Shown piece by piece: positions 1-9,379 of a DNA stretch of 41,661 bases. The DNA is from Blastopirellula marina (lineage in GTDB: Bacteria; Planctomycetota; Phycisphaerae; Sedimentisphaerales; UBA12454). Under the pieces are notes generated by a model. The model saw nothing but the letters and a program-made list of their open reading frames with translations, was not told the origin of the DNA and made no database searches. The position numbers and the translations under genes are program-made. Every line of letters begins with the position of its first letter. The stretch's first letter is position 1. The stretch covers positions 1-41,661 of the forward strand of contig DYLR01000002.1 in the NCBI GenBank assembly GCA_020721975.1, given 5' to 3'.

Positions 1-87
1 TTTTAACATTTTGAGATTTTTATGAAAATTTTTTCAAATATTGTGAACGGTTACATTTTCAAAAATATGCTCCCAGGGTTTTACTTT

Positions 88-1236
88 TTATGGCGTTGCC
101 CTGCGCAAAACGCGAGAGCCGATGCCGGTTGTTATTTCATAAGGAATCGTCCCGAGCATTGCTGCGATTGATTCAACGCTGTTTTTGCTCGAAGGGTCAT
201 TATCAATTACCGTTACTTCGTCGCCGATTTCGACCTGTCCGGCTATATGCGTCAAATCGACGATGGTTTGATCCATACTCACGCGTCCGACGACAGGCAC
301 ATAAGTATTTGCGATTTTCATCATTCCGCGATTGCTGAGTCTGCGGTCGTAGCCGTCGCCGTAACCAATCGGCACTATGCCGGTTATCATATCGTGTTTT
401 GCAACGCAGCCGGTGCCGTAACCAATAATACAGCCGGTACGAACAGGCTTTTTCGTTTGCAGATATGAGACAAGTTTCATAGCCGGCCTGAGTTCAGGCC
501 TGTTGTGCATATCGACGCCGGGCTGATAACCATATACGCTTATGCCGCAGCGCGTCATGTTGCAATTGTCTTCAGCTATGTCGATAGTTGCTGCGGAATT
601 TGACAAATGCCGCAGGCGCACGTTAATGCCGTTTGCCTTGATAGCATTGGCGAATTTTTTGAATCGGGCAATCTGCTCAAGGGCAAATGATTTGTCCTTT
701 TCATCCGCGGCGGCAAGATGTGTGTAAAGCCCCTCGAATTCAATCTGCCGGCAGTTGTGGAATTCATTAATAATTTGATATATGCCCTGCTCGTCAAGCC
801 CCATTCGATGCATTCCGGTATCGAGGTTCAGGTGCAGCTTTACCTTTTTGCCGCATATTTCTGCCGCCTCGACGAGCGATTGAATATCGCAGCAGCGCAT
901 CGGTGTTACCCTGATTTCATTTTTCACCAGCCAGAAAGCGACATTTTTTTTCTCCTGCGGCGGATAGATGCTCAATTCCGAGCCGAACATCAGTATTGGC
1001 CCCGACCAGCCGAGCATGCGCAGTTCTTCGGCCTCGGCGGTATTTGCAACGGCGAGCATATCAACACCGGCCTGCTGCATGGCGGGCAGAACAGCGGCTG
1101 TACCGTGGCCGTAAGCATTGCATTTTATCGCGGCACAAAAAGCGTGCCGGGGTCTGGCGGCTTTCAAAATGCCGATATTATGTATAATAGCCTGGCGGTC
1201 TATTAACGCAATCAGATTTTTTCGCATTGATTCCAT
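88..1236 (-). CDS. alr: Alanine racemase
   Basis: AAIKCNAYGHG PLP-lysine motif, DTGMHRMG, YTHLAAAD, HLSNSAA, GYGDGY, GRVSMDQ, TIPYEI. Confidence 0.96.
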   Translation of the reverse strand: MESMRKNLIALIDRQAIIHNIGILKAARPRHAFCAAIKCNAYGHGTAAVLPAMQQAGVDMLAVANTAEAEELRMLGWSGPILMFGSELSIYPPQEKKNVAFWLVKNEIRVTPMRCCDIQSLVEAAEICGKKVKLHLNLDTGMHRMGLDEQGIYQIINEFHNCRQIEFEGLYTHLAAADEKDKSFALEQIARFKKFANAIKANGINVRLRHLSNSAATIDIAEDNCNMTRCGISVYGYQPGVDMHNRPELRPAMKLVSYLQTKKPVRTGCIIGYGTGCVAKHDMITGIVPIGYGDGYDRRLSNRGMMKIANTYVPVVGRVSMDQTIVDLTHIAGQVEIGDEVTVIDNDPSSKNSVESIAAMLGTIPYEITTGIGSRVLRRATP

Positions 1237-1360
1237 TTACGGAATATTAACATTTATCGGGGGCATCAACAAGTTTTTTTAAGTTTAGCCGTCGTAGCGC
1301 CGGCGGTTAAACAATGTCAAATGTTAAGTGATTTTGTGAGATAAAAACTGACGGCGAATA

Positions 1361-1777
1361 TTACTCGCCAATAATTTTTACCAGAATGCGTTTTTTCCGG
1401 TTGCCGTCGAATTCATAATAAAAAATGTGTTCCCATGGACCTAAATGAAGTTTTCCATTCGTAATCGCAACTACAACTTCACGTCCCATGACTTGTCGTT
1501 TCAGGTGAGCATCGGCATTATCTTCATAGCCGTTGTGTCGATACTGGCTGTGGGGTTTTTCAGGTGCGAGTTTTTCCAGCCAGACCTCATAATCATTGTG
1601 CAGGCCGGGTTCGTTATCATTTATAAATACACTGGCGGTAATGTGCATGGCGTTAATAAGTACAAGACCCTCCTTAACGGCGGATTTTTCAACAAGCTGC
1701 TCTACCTCGTTGTGAATAGACACTATTGCCCTGCGCTGCGGGACATTCATCCAAATTTCTTTTGTCAGACTCTTCAT
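1361..1777 (-). CDS. yjbQ: YjbQ/UPF0047 family protein (secondary thiamine-phosphate synthase-like)
   Basis: [33 protein letters not shown]. Confidence 0.9.
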   Translation of the reverse strand: MKSLTKEIWMNVPQRRAIVSIHNEVEQLVEKSAVKEGLVLINAMHITASVFINDNEPGLHNDYEVWLEKLAPEKPHSQYRHNGYEDNADAHLKRQVMGREVVVAITNGKLHLGPWEHIFYYEFDGNRKKRILVKIIGE

Positions 1778-1883
1778 AAACCTGTGCAGTCCTTGGGGAT
1801 TATAACGTAATTAAAAAGCCTGTCCGAATAACCGGCTTTTCCAGAAAGGCCGGCTGCAAAGCCCGATGTCCGCCTCGGCGTTG

Positions 1884-2342
1884 CTATTCTACTTTTACCT
1901 TGAACACTACTTTCTTGATTTGCTGAGCTTTGCCCTTATGCACCAGCGGCATGTGGGCATCCGACGGAAAGAAAACACCGAACATGCCCGAATTTACCCC
2001 GAGCAATGTTAAACTTCGCGGGGCTTTATAAAGACAGGCATCCTTTTGTTCGTCATAAGGCGTATGAACTTTGAGCCTGTCTTCAAATTCCCAGCCGATA
2101 AGCTCTTTCCCGGCAAGAACATACTGCACGTCGATATACTTTTGGTGCGTCTCGAACAAGCCTTCTCTGACAGGACGGGTCTGGGCAGACATAACGATAT
2201 AATACAGCTTATCGCCGTCAAATTCACATCGCCCGTCGGGTCTGCTGCCGAAATCGGTATTGGCCATCATATCAAAAACCCTGTCAAGGCCGGCCATTAA
2301 GCCTTTGTATTTTGCCGCGTTTGAAACAACATCGAGTATCAT
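1884..2342 (-). CDS. YhcH/YjgK/YiaL (DUF386) family protein
   Basis: FETHQKYIDVQY and FFPSDAHMP motifs. Start moved to ATG 2342 (MILD..., AGGGA upstream) because the ORF-track extension to 2411 translates a heptamer repeat. Confidence 0.88.
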   Translation of the reverse strand: MILDVVSNAAKYKGLMAGLDRVFDMMANTDFGSRPDGRCEFDGDKLYYIVMSAQTRPVREGLFETHQKYIDVQYVLAGKELIGWEFEDRLKVHTPYDEQKDACLYKAPRSLTLLGVNSGMFGVFFPSDAHMPLVHKGKAQQIKKVVFKVKVE

Positions 2343-2376
2343 TTTTTTAATCCCTATTTTTCCTTTTGCTATTTTT

Positions 2377-2406
2377 TCGGATTTCGATATTCGTATTTCG
2401 GATTTT
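2377..2406 (-). repeat. Solo arm of the heptamer (AAATCCG-type) repeat element
   Basis: Reverse complement aaatccgaaatacgaatatcgaaatccga nearly matches 9155-9183; it lies immediately after the alaC stop. Confidence 0.85.
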
Positions 2407-2407
2407 T

Positions 2408-3613
2408 TCACGACACCGGTTTTCCTGTCTGGATGTATGTGCGAATGTTGCGGATGGCCTGTCTGAGACGATTTTCATTTTCGACCAGCGCTATTCGCAT
2501 ATAATGCTCGCCTTTTTCGCCGAATGCTCTGCCCGGCGCAATTGCGACATTTGCATATTCCATCAGGTCCATTGCGAAATCAATGCTGCCTTTGCCTTTG
2601 CTTTGTTCGCTCGGCACTTTAGCCCAGACAAACATTGTGCCTCGCGGATTTTCAACTTCCCAGCCTATTCGCCGCAGCCCGTCAACCACCACGTCGCGCC
2701 TTGCCTGATAGCGCGCGTTTTGTTCGTCAATGTCCTTATCGCATTGACGCATTGCAACGATGCTTGCAATCTGTACGGCCTGAAAAATGCCGTAGTCGTA
2801 GTATCCCTTAATTGTCGCAAGGGCGTCAACCATTGTGGCATTGCCCGTACAGAACCCGACGCGAAAGCCCGCCATATTGTATGGCTTGCTCATCGTAGTA
2901 AATTCAACGCCGACGTCTTTTGCTCCCGGCGTGGAAAGGAAACTCGGCGATTTATAGCCGTCGAACACGGTCTCGCCATAAGCGAAATCGTGGACCACGC
3001 AGAAATTAAATTCTTTTGCCAGTTCGACAATCGGCTCAAAAAAACCCGCATCCACCGTCATTGCAGTCGGGTTGTGCGGATAATTGAGAATCAGCATTTT
3101 GGCACGAGGATAAATTTCCTTACAGACATAGGCGATGCGGTCGATAAAGTTTTTATCATTGCCCAGCGGAACTTTAATTACGTTTGCCCCGGCCAGTGCA
3201 ACAGCGTAGATATGAATAGGGAAAGCCGGGTCTGCGACAATGGCCGTGTCGCCCGCACCGAGCATAGCCAGACACAAATGGCTAAAGCCTTCCTTGCTGC
3301 CTAAGCAGGCGATTACCTCGGTTTCCGGGTCAAGCTGGCAGTTCCATTTGCGGGCATACTTAATGGCAACTTCCCGCCGCAGGTTATATACGCCGCGTGA
3401 TGCGCTGTACCGCTGGTTGCGTTTGTCCTGGGCGGCCTCGCAGAGTTTATCAATGACTATCTGCGGCGTAGGGTCGAGGGGATTGCCCATGCCCAGGTCG
3501 ATAATATCGATTCCCTGTTGTCGTTTTTTAAGTTTCAGGGCGTTCAGTTTGCCGAACAGGTACGGCGGCAAACGTCTGATTCTCGATGATGTTTCTATTT
3601 GAAATTCGCTCAT
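2408..3613 (-). CDS. alaC: Class I/II PLP aminotransferase, AlaC-like (glutamate-pyruvate aminotransferase; DapL-related family)
   Basis: RIRRLPPYLF, GMGNP, GSKEG, NYPHNPT, HDFAY, TMSKPYNMAGFRVG, DYGIF, RIALVENENRLRQAIR. Start placed at ATG 3613. Confidence 0.8.
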   Translation of the reverse strand: MSEFQIETSSRIRRLPPYLFGKLNALKLKKRQQGIDIIDLGMGNPLDPTPQIVIDKLCEAAQDKRNQRYSASRGVYNLRREVAIKYARKWNCQLDPETEVIACLGSKEGFSHLCLAMLGAGDTAIVADPAFPIHIYAVALAGANVIKVPLGNDKNFIDRIAYVCKEIYPRAKMLILNYPHNPTAMTVDAGFFEPIVELAKEFNFCVVHDFAYGETVFDGYKSPSFLSTPGAKDVGVEFTTMSKPYNMAGFRVGFCTGNATMVDALATIKGYYDYGIFQAVQIASIVAMRQCDKDIDEQNARYQARRDVVVDGLRRIGWEVENPRGTMFVWAKVPSEQSKGKGSIDFAMDLMEYANVAIAPGRAFGEKGEHYMRIALVENENRLRQAIRNIRTYIQTGKPVS

Positions 3614-3852
3614 AAATATAGAAAATACCGGCAAAAAACCAAAAGTCAACAAACTTTGTGAAAAACAGGCTATCCACTGGTCCAAATACCCTCACCCCAG
3701 AACATATTGTCGAAAAACTAAAGAAACATTGCCTTCTTTCCAAGTAGATGCCATAATAACAACGGTGGCGGAAAAACTGCCATGGCGAGTTACAAAAGGA
3801 CTTTATTTCAACCACAGAATAACGGAGAACATAGGAACATAAAAAACGGTTT

Positions 3853-4070
3853 ATGAGCAATTTGGAACAACAAATTCTTGATATTATAAAAGCAAAGCCG
3901 GGCCAATTAGCCAAGTCAATCGCTGCGCAATTAAAAAGTGATCGCAGGCTGATAAATTCGATATTGTATGGCCAACTAAAGAATAAGGTTCAGCAGGACA
4001 AGAACTATCGATGGTATTTGAAAGAAGTTATTAATGTCGGGGGGCAAGACAATAAAAAGCCGCAACAACT
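3853..4070 (+). pseudogene. Truncated gene: N-terminal winged-helix (Zalpha-like) domain only
   Basis: LEQQILDIIK...RRLINSILY...RW. The ORF runs into the antisense of the integrase remnant at ~4070. Confidence 0.5.
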
Positions 4071-4575
4071 AATATTTGGAATGTCTTTTAATATGTCATT
4101 TTTCTTTGCCCAGTGAAACATTGCTTTTATTATCGCAATATTCAAATTAATCCCAGCAGCAGCCTTATAATGTCTCAAAAGTTTATTTCGATAATTTTGT
4201 AAATCTACTGTTTGTATTTGTGAAATCAGACACGATGAACCAACATACCGGACAAACACCCGTAGATACCGCACCTGATCAGAATGATATCTTTAGCGTT
4301 AAATCGCCACTCTGTGCCTGATCCTATTGAGCTTCCAAAAAGAGATTACAAAGATATCTTAAAGATAAATCACCATCTTTTTGTTGAGGAGATATAACCT
4401 TGCCTGTGTGTAAATATGCCGCCTGCTCAAAGTATCTTTGCAGGGCAAGTTTTTTATCTGTACCAAAGTAGTAGAGTTTTCCTTTAATCTTCTTGCAAAA
4501 CTGGCCTGTAGAATGTAAAGTTAGCGGAAATTTGTCGCTACGAACCTTACGGCTTTTTCTATCGGTTTTTGACAT
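4070..4575 (-). pseudogene. Tyrosine recombinase/integrase remnant (arm-binding and core-binding part; catalytic domain missing)
   Basis: FPLTLHSTGQFCKKIKGKLYYFG N-terminus, TAG stop at 4324, a frameshift, then DLQNYRNKL...INLNIAIIKAMFHWA. Adjacent to a tRNA; no R-H-R-Y region. Confidence 0.72.
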
Positions 4576-4709
4576 AGAAATAATACCCTTGTTCTAACAT
4601 TGCTATGGAACAAAAGTATTATGATTGAAAATAAGTTGTAGTCAAGGTTGTAGTTGCAAATAAAGTTTCCTTATGTTTTGTTTATAAGTTATGATAAATA
4701 ATGATGTTA

Positions 4710-4782
<73 letters not shown>

Positions 4783-4814
4783 TTGGCCCTTGTCGCGGCC
4801 AAAAAGCCGCAACC

Positions 4815-4857
4815 AAAATCCGAAACAAATCCAAAATCTAAAACCAAAATCCCAAAT
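4815..4857 (+). repeat. Degenerate heptamer repeat arm
   Basis: aaaatccgaaacaaatccaaaatctaaaaccaaaatcccaaat, similar to 9175-9230 and 9380-9446. Confidence 0.7.
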
Positions 4858-5241
4858 TGTAACGGCCACAAATGAACACGGGGCCAAACCTATTTACTGC
4901 CTAACCATAATAACAGTTCCTGAGAACCGGACTTTTTTCTTTGTCTTTTCCGCATTTGGGGGTATGATTAAACGGGTTTATGAAGTTGTTTTGCATGTGC
5001 CAGCTTTGTAATACAAATTCATTTGAAGATAATAAAACAATAGGGATTGTCTGATGTCACCAAAAAGGATTGCCCGCTTTTAAAGACGCCAAATATTTAA
5101 CAACAAAGTTTGGATTTGACCAGAAATAAAATGAAAATCTGGTGTGGGCAATGGTTAAACGTCTTTGATAATTTCGGATTGCTGCCAATAATAAAAATAA
5201 TGGTTTCATCGGATTTTTTAAGATATTTTTGAAAGTGCTTT

Positions 5242-6026
5242 ATGGCAGTCGAATATAACAATCTGCGTTCTGTGATGCTTGAGTACTTAAAAACACATCC
5301 TCATGGACAATTCGATCTCATAAGCAATTCAATATCTCTCTTTTTTAAAAAGAGTGGACTCGAACTTGACCAAAATGATTTAGAAATATTACAGCAGGTT
5401 ATTCATGAACTATATATTTAAAAAATTATTATTCTTGGAGATAAATGTACAAGTTCTGGGGCTTGGATCTGGCCATTTTATAGATTAACGGAACACGGTA
5501 AAAATGTGGTCAACAATATCGAATATCAACTATACGATCCATCAGGTTATTTGTCCAGAATCAAAGGTGAAATACCTTTGATTAATGATACGATTATTCT
5601 GTACTTGGAAGAAAGTCTCAACTGTTTTCGCTTGAATTTGCTATTTGCTGCTGCAGTGATGATAGGTTGTGCAGCGGAAAAGGCATGTTATTGCTAATTG
5701 AAACATTTGCTCAAGCCATTTCAAATTCTGAGATGCGAGCAAAATATGAAAAAGAAATCAACTCTCGAATGATAAGCCAGAAATACGAGGCACTTTGGAA
5801 ACGATTGGAAACGATAGCTTCAAGGTCCACAAATCATTTAGGTGACGACTTGCACACCATTTTAGATAGAGTATTCGACCTTATACGTACAACCAGAAAT
5901 GAAGCGGGGCATCCCACAGGGGAAAAAATTGAAAAAGAAACCGTTCATGCAAACTTTCTTCTTTTCCCAGGTTACTGCAAAAGAGTTTATAGATTGATTG
6001 AATACTTTAACAATAACCAAATATAG
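5242..6026 (+). pseudogene. Decayed gene with a C-terminal HEPN/DUF4145-like domain
   Basis: A reading frame can be rebuilt from ATG 5242 through a frameshift in the T-run at ~5341, an in-frame TAA at ~5419 and a frameshift at ~5685. It contains A..MIGCAAEK and R-NEAG-H (Rx4H). Confidence 0.6.
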
Positions 6027-6044
6027 TTGTCATCAGAGAACTCT

Positions 6045-6827
6045 ATGGGTAAAAACGATTCATCTAAAACACGAGTTGTACCGATTTTTGACTGTTTATA
6101 TAAAAATGACAAGACAGGCCTTTCCTGGTTGTCGAAGCTGCTTTCTTTACCGAAAGGAGAACACCAATTAAACTTGCCGTTAGATGTGAATTTAAAAATA
6201 CAAGATATTGGGTGGGGCGATAATGAGAAAAAGCTTGTTCCTCCGGTATCGCTTTTGTCATGGTTAATTCGTAATCCAAGAAAACCATCTTCAGGTGTTT
6301 TAAGTTCCAATCCATTGAAAGCTAAAAAGCGAGAGGCATTGATAAATGGAGCAGAGGAATGTATCATTGAAGGATTAAAACTTTTACGAAATAATCCAAA
6401 TGGAGAAACTTGGCATATTTTTGAGGGTGAAACCCAGCCCGATGTTTTTATCAAAACACCCGATGTTTTAATTGTGATTGAAGGCAAACGAACAGAACGA
6501 GAGCCAACTACCTCGACCAAATGGATGTTGGTTCGTCATCAGATGCTTCGGCATATTGATTGTGCTTTTGAAATAGCCGGGGGAAAAAAGGTTATAGGTT
6601 TTTTCATTGTGGAAGGTGAAGGGCAAAGTTGTGATGTTCCGAGTCAATGGATCAAATATGCTAAAGATACAATCAATAGTCAAGTCATACAATCAAGTCT
6701 TCCTCACAGGGGGCCAGAAGAGCAGAAGCGTATTGCATCATCATTTATCGGTGTAACGACTTGGCAACAAGTATGCAAAGAGTTTGATATTAAGTGGGAT
6801 ACACTTCCTGATAAAGTAGAAGGGTAA
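6045..6827 (+). CDS. Hypothetical protein, putative PD-(D/E)XK nuclease fold
   Basis: ETQPDVFI...VIEGK motif and downstream HQMLR; AT-rich; intact ORF (ATG 6045, or TTG 6027). Confidence 0.6.
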   Translation: MGKNDSSKTRVVPIFDCLYKNDKTGLSWLSKLLSLPKGEHQLNLPLDVNLKIQDIGWGDNEKKLVPPVSLLSWLIRNPRKPSSGVLSSNPLKAKKREALINGAEECIIEGLKLLRNNPNGETWHIFEGETQPDVFIKTPDVLIVIEGKRTEREPTTSTKWMLVRHQMLRHIDCAFEIAGGKKVIGFFIVEGEGQSCDVPSQWIKYAKDTINSQVIQSSLPHRGPEEQKRIASSFIGVTTWQQVCKEFDIKWDTLPDKVEG

Positions 6828-6885
6828 CATTATTTAACCTCAAATTTAAATCTATGTTGAACATAAAAGCAGTTTGGAGGTATTT

Positions 6886-7214
6886 ATGAGCAATCAATCG
6901 CAAACAGAATGTTGTCCAAAGTTCGACCCGGCGCCGTGGGACGATAAAGTCTTTGAATGGAGCAATAAGCAATTCATCAGAGACAAGGTCTTCACTCTTT
7001 TTTACACGCCGAGAACGTAGCACTAAGCGGAAAGTTTTTAACAAAAGTATATGAGGGCGACTACAAAGAAACCGGCAAATGGTGCAAAGATTTTGACGGA
7101 TATGCAAAAGGCAAAGGCTTTGCCGTTTCCAAAATGTATATATGGTATACAACCTGCCCGAAATGTGCCAAACAGTACGGCAAAAATTACGTTGTGATTG
7201 TCGGCAAAGTATAA
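6886..7214 (+). pseudogene. Internally deleted small conserved protein (CCPxFDP...YTTCPKCAK family)
   Basis: GGAGG RBS. N-half MSNQSQTECCPKFDPAPWDDKVFEW...FYTP is joined out of frame at ~7008 to C-half ENVALSGKFLTKVYEG...WYTTCPKCAKQYGKNYVVIVGKV*. Confidence 0.7.
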
Positions 7215-7258
7215 GCAGTTTTACCCTCTCGCAGTTGCTGCTTATGCCGGCACGATTT

Positions 7259-8992
7259 TTACTCAAAACTTATGTCGCTGAGGACAAATTGCAGATTGTC
7301 CCCGCCGTTCCAGGTATCCAGTTGCGGCTCATAAGCGACGTTGAAAAATTCATTTTCGAGCAGCTTTTTTTCGAGACCTGCCATCTTAAAACCGATGCAG
7401 CGTGCCGAGCCGGTACTGTCGCCGATAGCCAGTTGTAAATGTTCGCCTCGACTGCCGACCTTTCGCGGCGAGGCGATTAACCTTACTCCGCGAGTTGCGA
7501 TAAGAGGTTTGGGATTGCCCCTGCCGAAAGGCCCCAGCGGTTCAAGCTGACGCACCAGATTATACGAAATATCACGGATTGGGCATATCGCGTCAATTTC
7601 AATCTTTGCAGTCGAGGCGGTCTGGCGAAAATTTTCCGCCGCGTATTTCTCAAACGCATCGGCAAATTCGCCTATCTTTGCCGGCTCAAGCGTAATGCCT
7701 GCGGCCATGGAATGACCGCCGAACTTTACAACATATTTGCTGCACGCGCTGATTGCGCCATAAATATCGAAGCCCTCGATGCTTCTGGCCGATCCTTTGC
7801 CTAATCCGTTTTCGGTATTGATAAGAATCGTCGGTTTGTAAAATTTGTCAACTACCTTTGCGGCGACTATCCCGACAATCCCCGTGTGCCACTGTTCGGA
7901 ACCAAGCACGATTGTCCGCCGATCGGGGTGGTCAAGACCGGCCTGTGTAATCACTTCGCAGACCTGCTGGAATATTTTTCGTTCCGCACTTTGCCGCTGA
8001 TAATTTTGCTGCTTAAGATAATCGGCAATTCGTAATGCCCGAACCTGACTGTCGGTGGTAAGCAGTTCAACGGCTAATCTTGCATGTCCCATTCTGCCCG
8101 CCGCGTTGAGCATCGGCGCAAGTATAAAGCCGATATGATAGCTGTCGAGTTTTTGGCCTTCCAGACCTGCGGCGTTAATCAGTGCGGCAAGCCCCGGCAT
8201 AGAACAGTCGTGCATTGCCTTAAGGCCGAAACTTGCAATAATCCGGTTCTCGCCGCGAAGCTCGATAACGTCGGCAATCGTACCCAGGGCTGCAAACACC
8301 GTGGCGTTAATCAGAAACTCCCGCAATTTCGGGTTGGTCCGTCCGGCTGATTTAAACCGGTTGGTCAATGCCCAGGCCAGCTTGAAAGCGACTGTGGCCC
8401 CGGCACATTTTGGATTGGCATAATCGCCGAGCATCGGATGTACGATGACATTTGCATCGGGAAGAGTTGGCTCTATGGTATGGTGGTCGGTAATTATCAC
8501 ATCCATCCCCAGTTGGCGCGCTAATCTAACCGAATCAGCAGCAGTGATTCCGCAGTCAACCGTGATAAGCAGTTTTGTACCGTCGGCGGCGATTTGCCGA
8601 ACAGCGCCGTCATTCAGGCCGTAACCCTCGTCAATACGGTGAGGGATATAAAATTCTGCCGGCGAACCGAGCAGGCGGATGATGTGCCACAGGATAGCGG
8701 CAGCGGTAATGCCGTCAACGTCGTAATCGCCGTAAATAGTGATTTTTTGCCGACTTGCTATGGCCCGGCAGATTTCTTCCGTTGCTGCCGGTACGCCCGG
8801 CATCACATCCGGTTCAATCAGTTCGGTAAGTTTGGGATTCAAAAAGGATTTAGCCTGTTCGGCAGTTGCAACACCTCTGTTGACAAGTACCTGCGCAAGA
8901 ACCGGCGGAATTTTCAACTCATCGGCCAGGCTCAGAGATTCAGCCCTTGCCGGGTGGATAAACCAGCTTTTATTATGCATCCCTGCACGCAT
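7259..8992 (-). CDS. recJ: Single-stranded-DNA-specific exonuclease RecJ
   Basis: YGDYDVDG, TVDCG, ITDHH, GTIADV, NAAGR, KGSARS, FGGHSMAAG. ATG 8992 follows GAGG. Confidence 0.96.
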   Translation of the reverse strand: MRAGMHNKSWFIHPARAESLSLADELKIPPVLAQVLVNRGVATAEQAKSFLNPKLTELIEPDVMPGVPAATEEICRAIASRQKITIYGDYDVDGITAAAILWHIIRLLGSPAEFYIPHRIDEGYGLNDGAVRQIAADGTKLLITVDCGITAADSVRLARQLGMDVIITDHHTIEPTLPDANVIVHPMLGDYANPKCAGATVAFKLAWALTNRFKSAGRTNPKLREFLINATVFAALGTIADVIELRGENRIIASFGLKAMHDCSMPGLAALINAAGLEGQKLDSYHIGFILAPMLNAAGRMGHARLAVELLTTDSQVRALRIADYLKQQNYQRQSAERKIFQQVCEVITQAGLDHPDRRTIVLGSEQWHTGIVGIVAAKVVDKFYKPTILINTENGLGKGSARSIEGFDIYGAISACSKYVVKFGGHSMAAGITLEPAKIGEFADAFEKYAAENFRQTASTAKIEIDAICPIRDISYNLVRQLEPLGPFGRGNPKPLIATRGVRLIASPRKVGSRGEHLQLAIGDSTGSARCIGFKMAGLEKKLLENEFFNVAYEPQLDTWNGGDNLQFVLSDISFE

Positions 8993-9033
8993 AAAATCCA
9001 ATACCTCAACGCGGCAAAATGATATTTTGGGGT

Positions 9034-9061
9034 ATTATACCATCCCTTGCAGTCAATGCAA
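9034..9061 (-). promoter_or_regulatory. Putative sigma70-type promoter of recJ
   Basis: Minus strand TTGCAT-16 nt-TATAAT with a TG extended -10. Confidence 0.45.
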
Positions 9062-9154
9062 TTCGATAATAACACATATCGGCGGTATTATAATTCTACT
9101 ACGCTATATTGCCTTTAGCTATTGTAATCTAATTTCTTATAATATAAGGATTTA

Positions 9155-9310
9155 AATCCGAAATCCGAATATCGAAATCCGAAACAATATCGAATATTCA
9201 AAACTAAAATGTTCAAAACAAAAACCTAAAACAATGGAGTTTTTGTTTTGGTTATTTTGATTTGGAATTTTGAATTTGTTTTGGATTTCGGATTTCGTGC
9301 TTCGGATTTT
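9155..9310. repeat. ~155-bp imperfect inverted-repeat (MITE-like) element built from heptamer units
   Basis: Left arm aaatccgaaatccgaatatcgaaatccgaaacaa...caaaacaaaaac is the imperfect reverse complement of right arm gtttttgttttgg...ttggatttcggatttcgtgcttcggatttt. Confidence 0.85.
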
Positions 9311-9379
9311 TAGTCTGTTTCGTTTCCATATTACAAATAGCGTTGTAGCACTAAGACTTGTCCGACGGATTGCTTCTTC

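Noticed and set aside
2366-3304. Long + strand ORFs antisense to core genes (also 24869-25903, 25360-26088)
   Set aside because: They are shadows of well-supported minus-strand genes and have no motifs of their own
4790-5011. 73-aa ORF after the tRNA
   Set aside because: Its N-half is translated heptamer repeat; TTG start with no RBS or recognisable domain
4990-5240. Possible additional gene remnant in the AT-rich spacer
   Set aside because: Only short interrupted frames; nothing I can recognise
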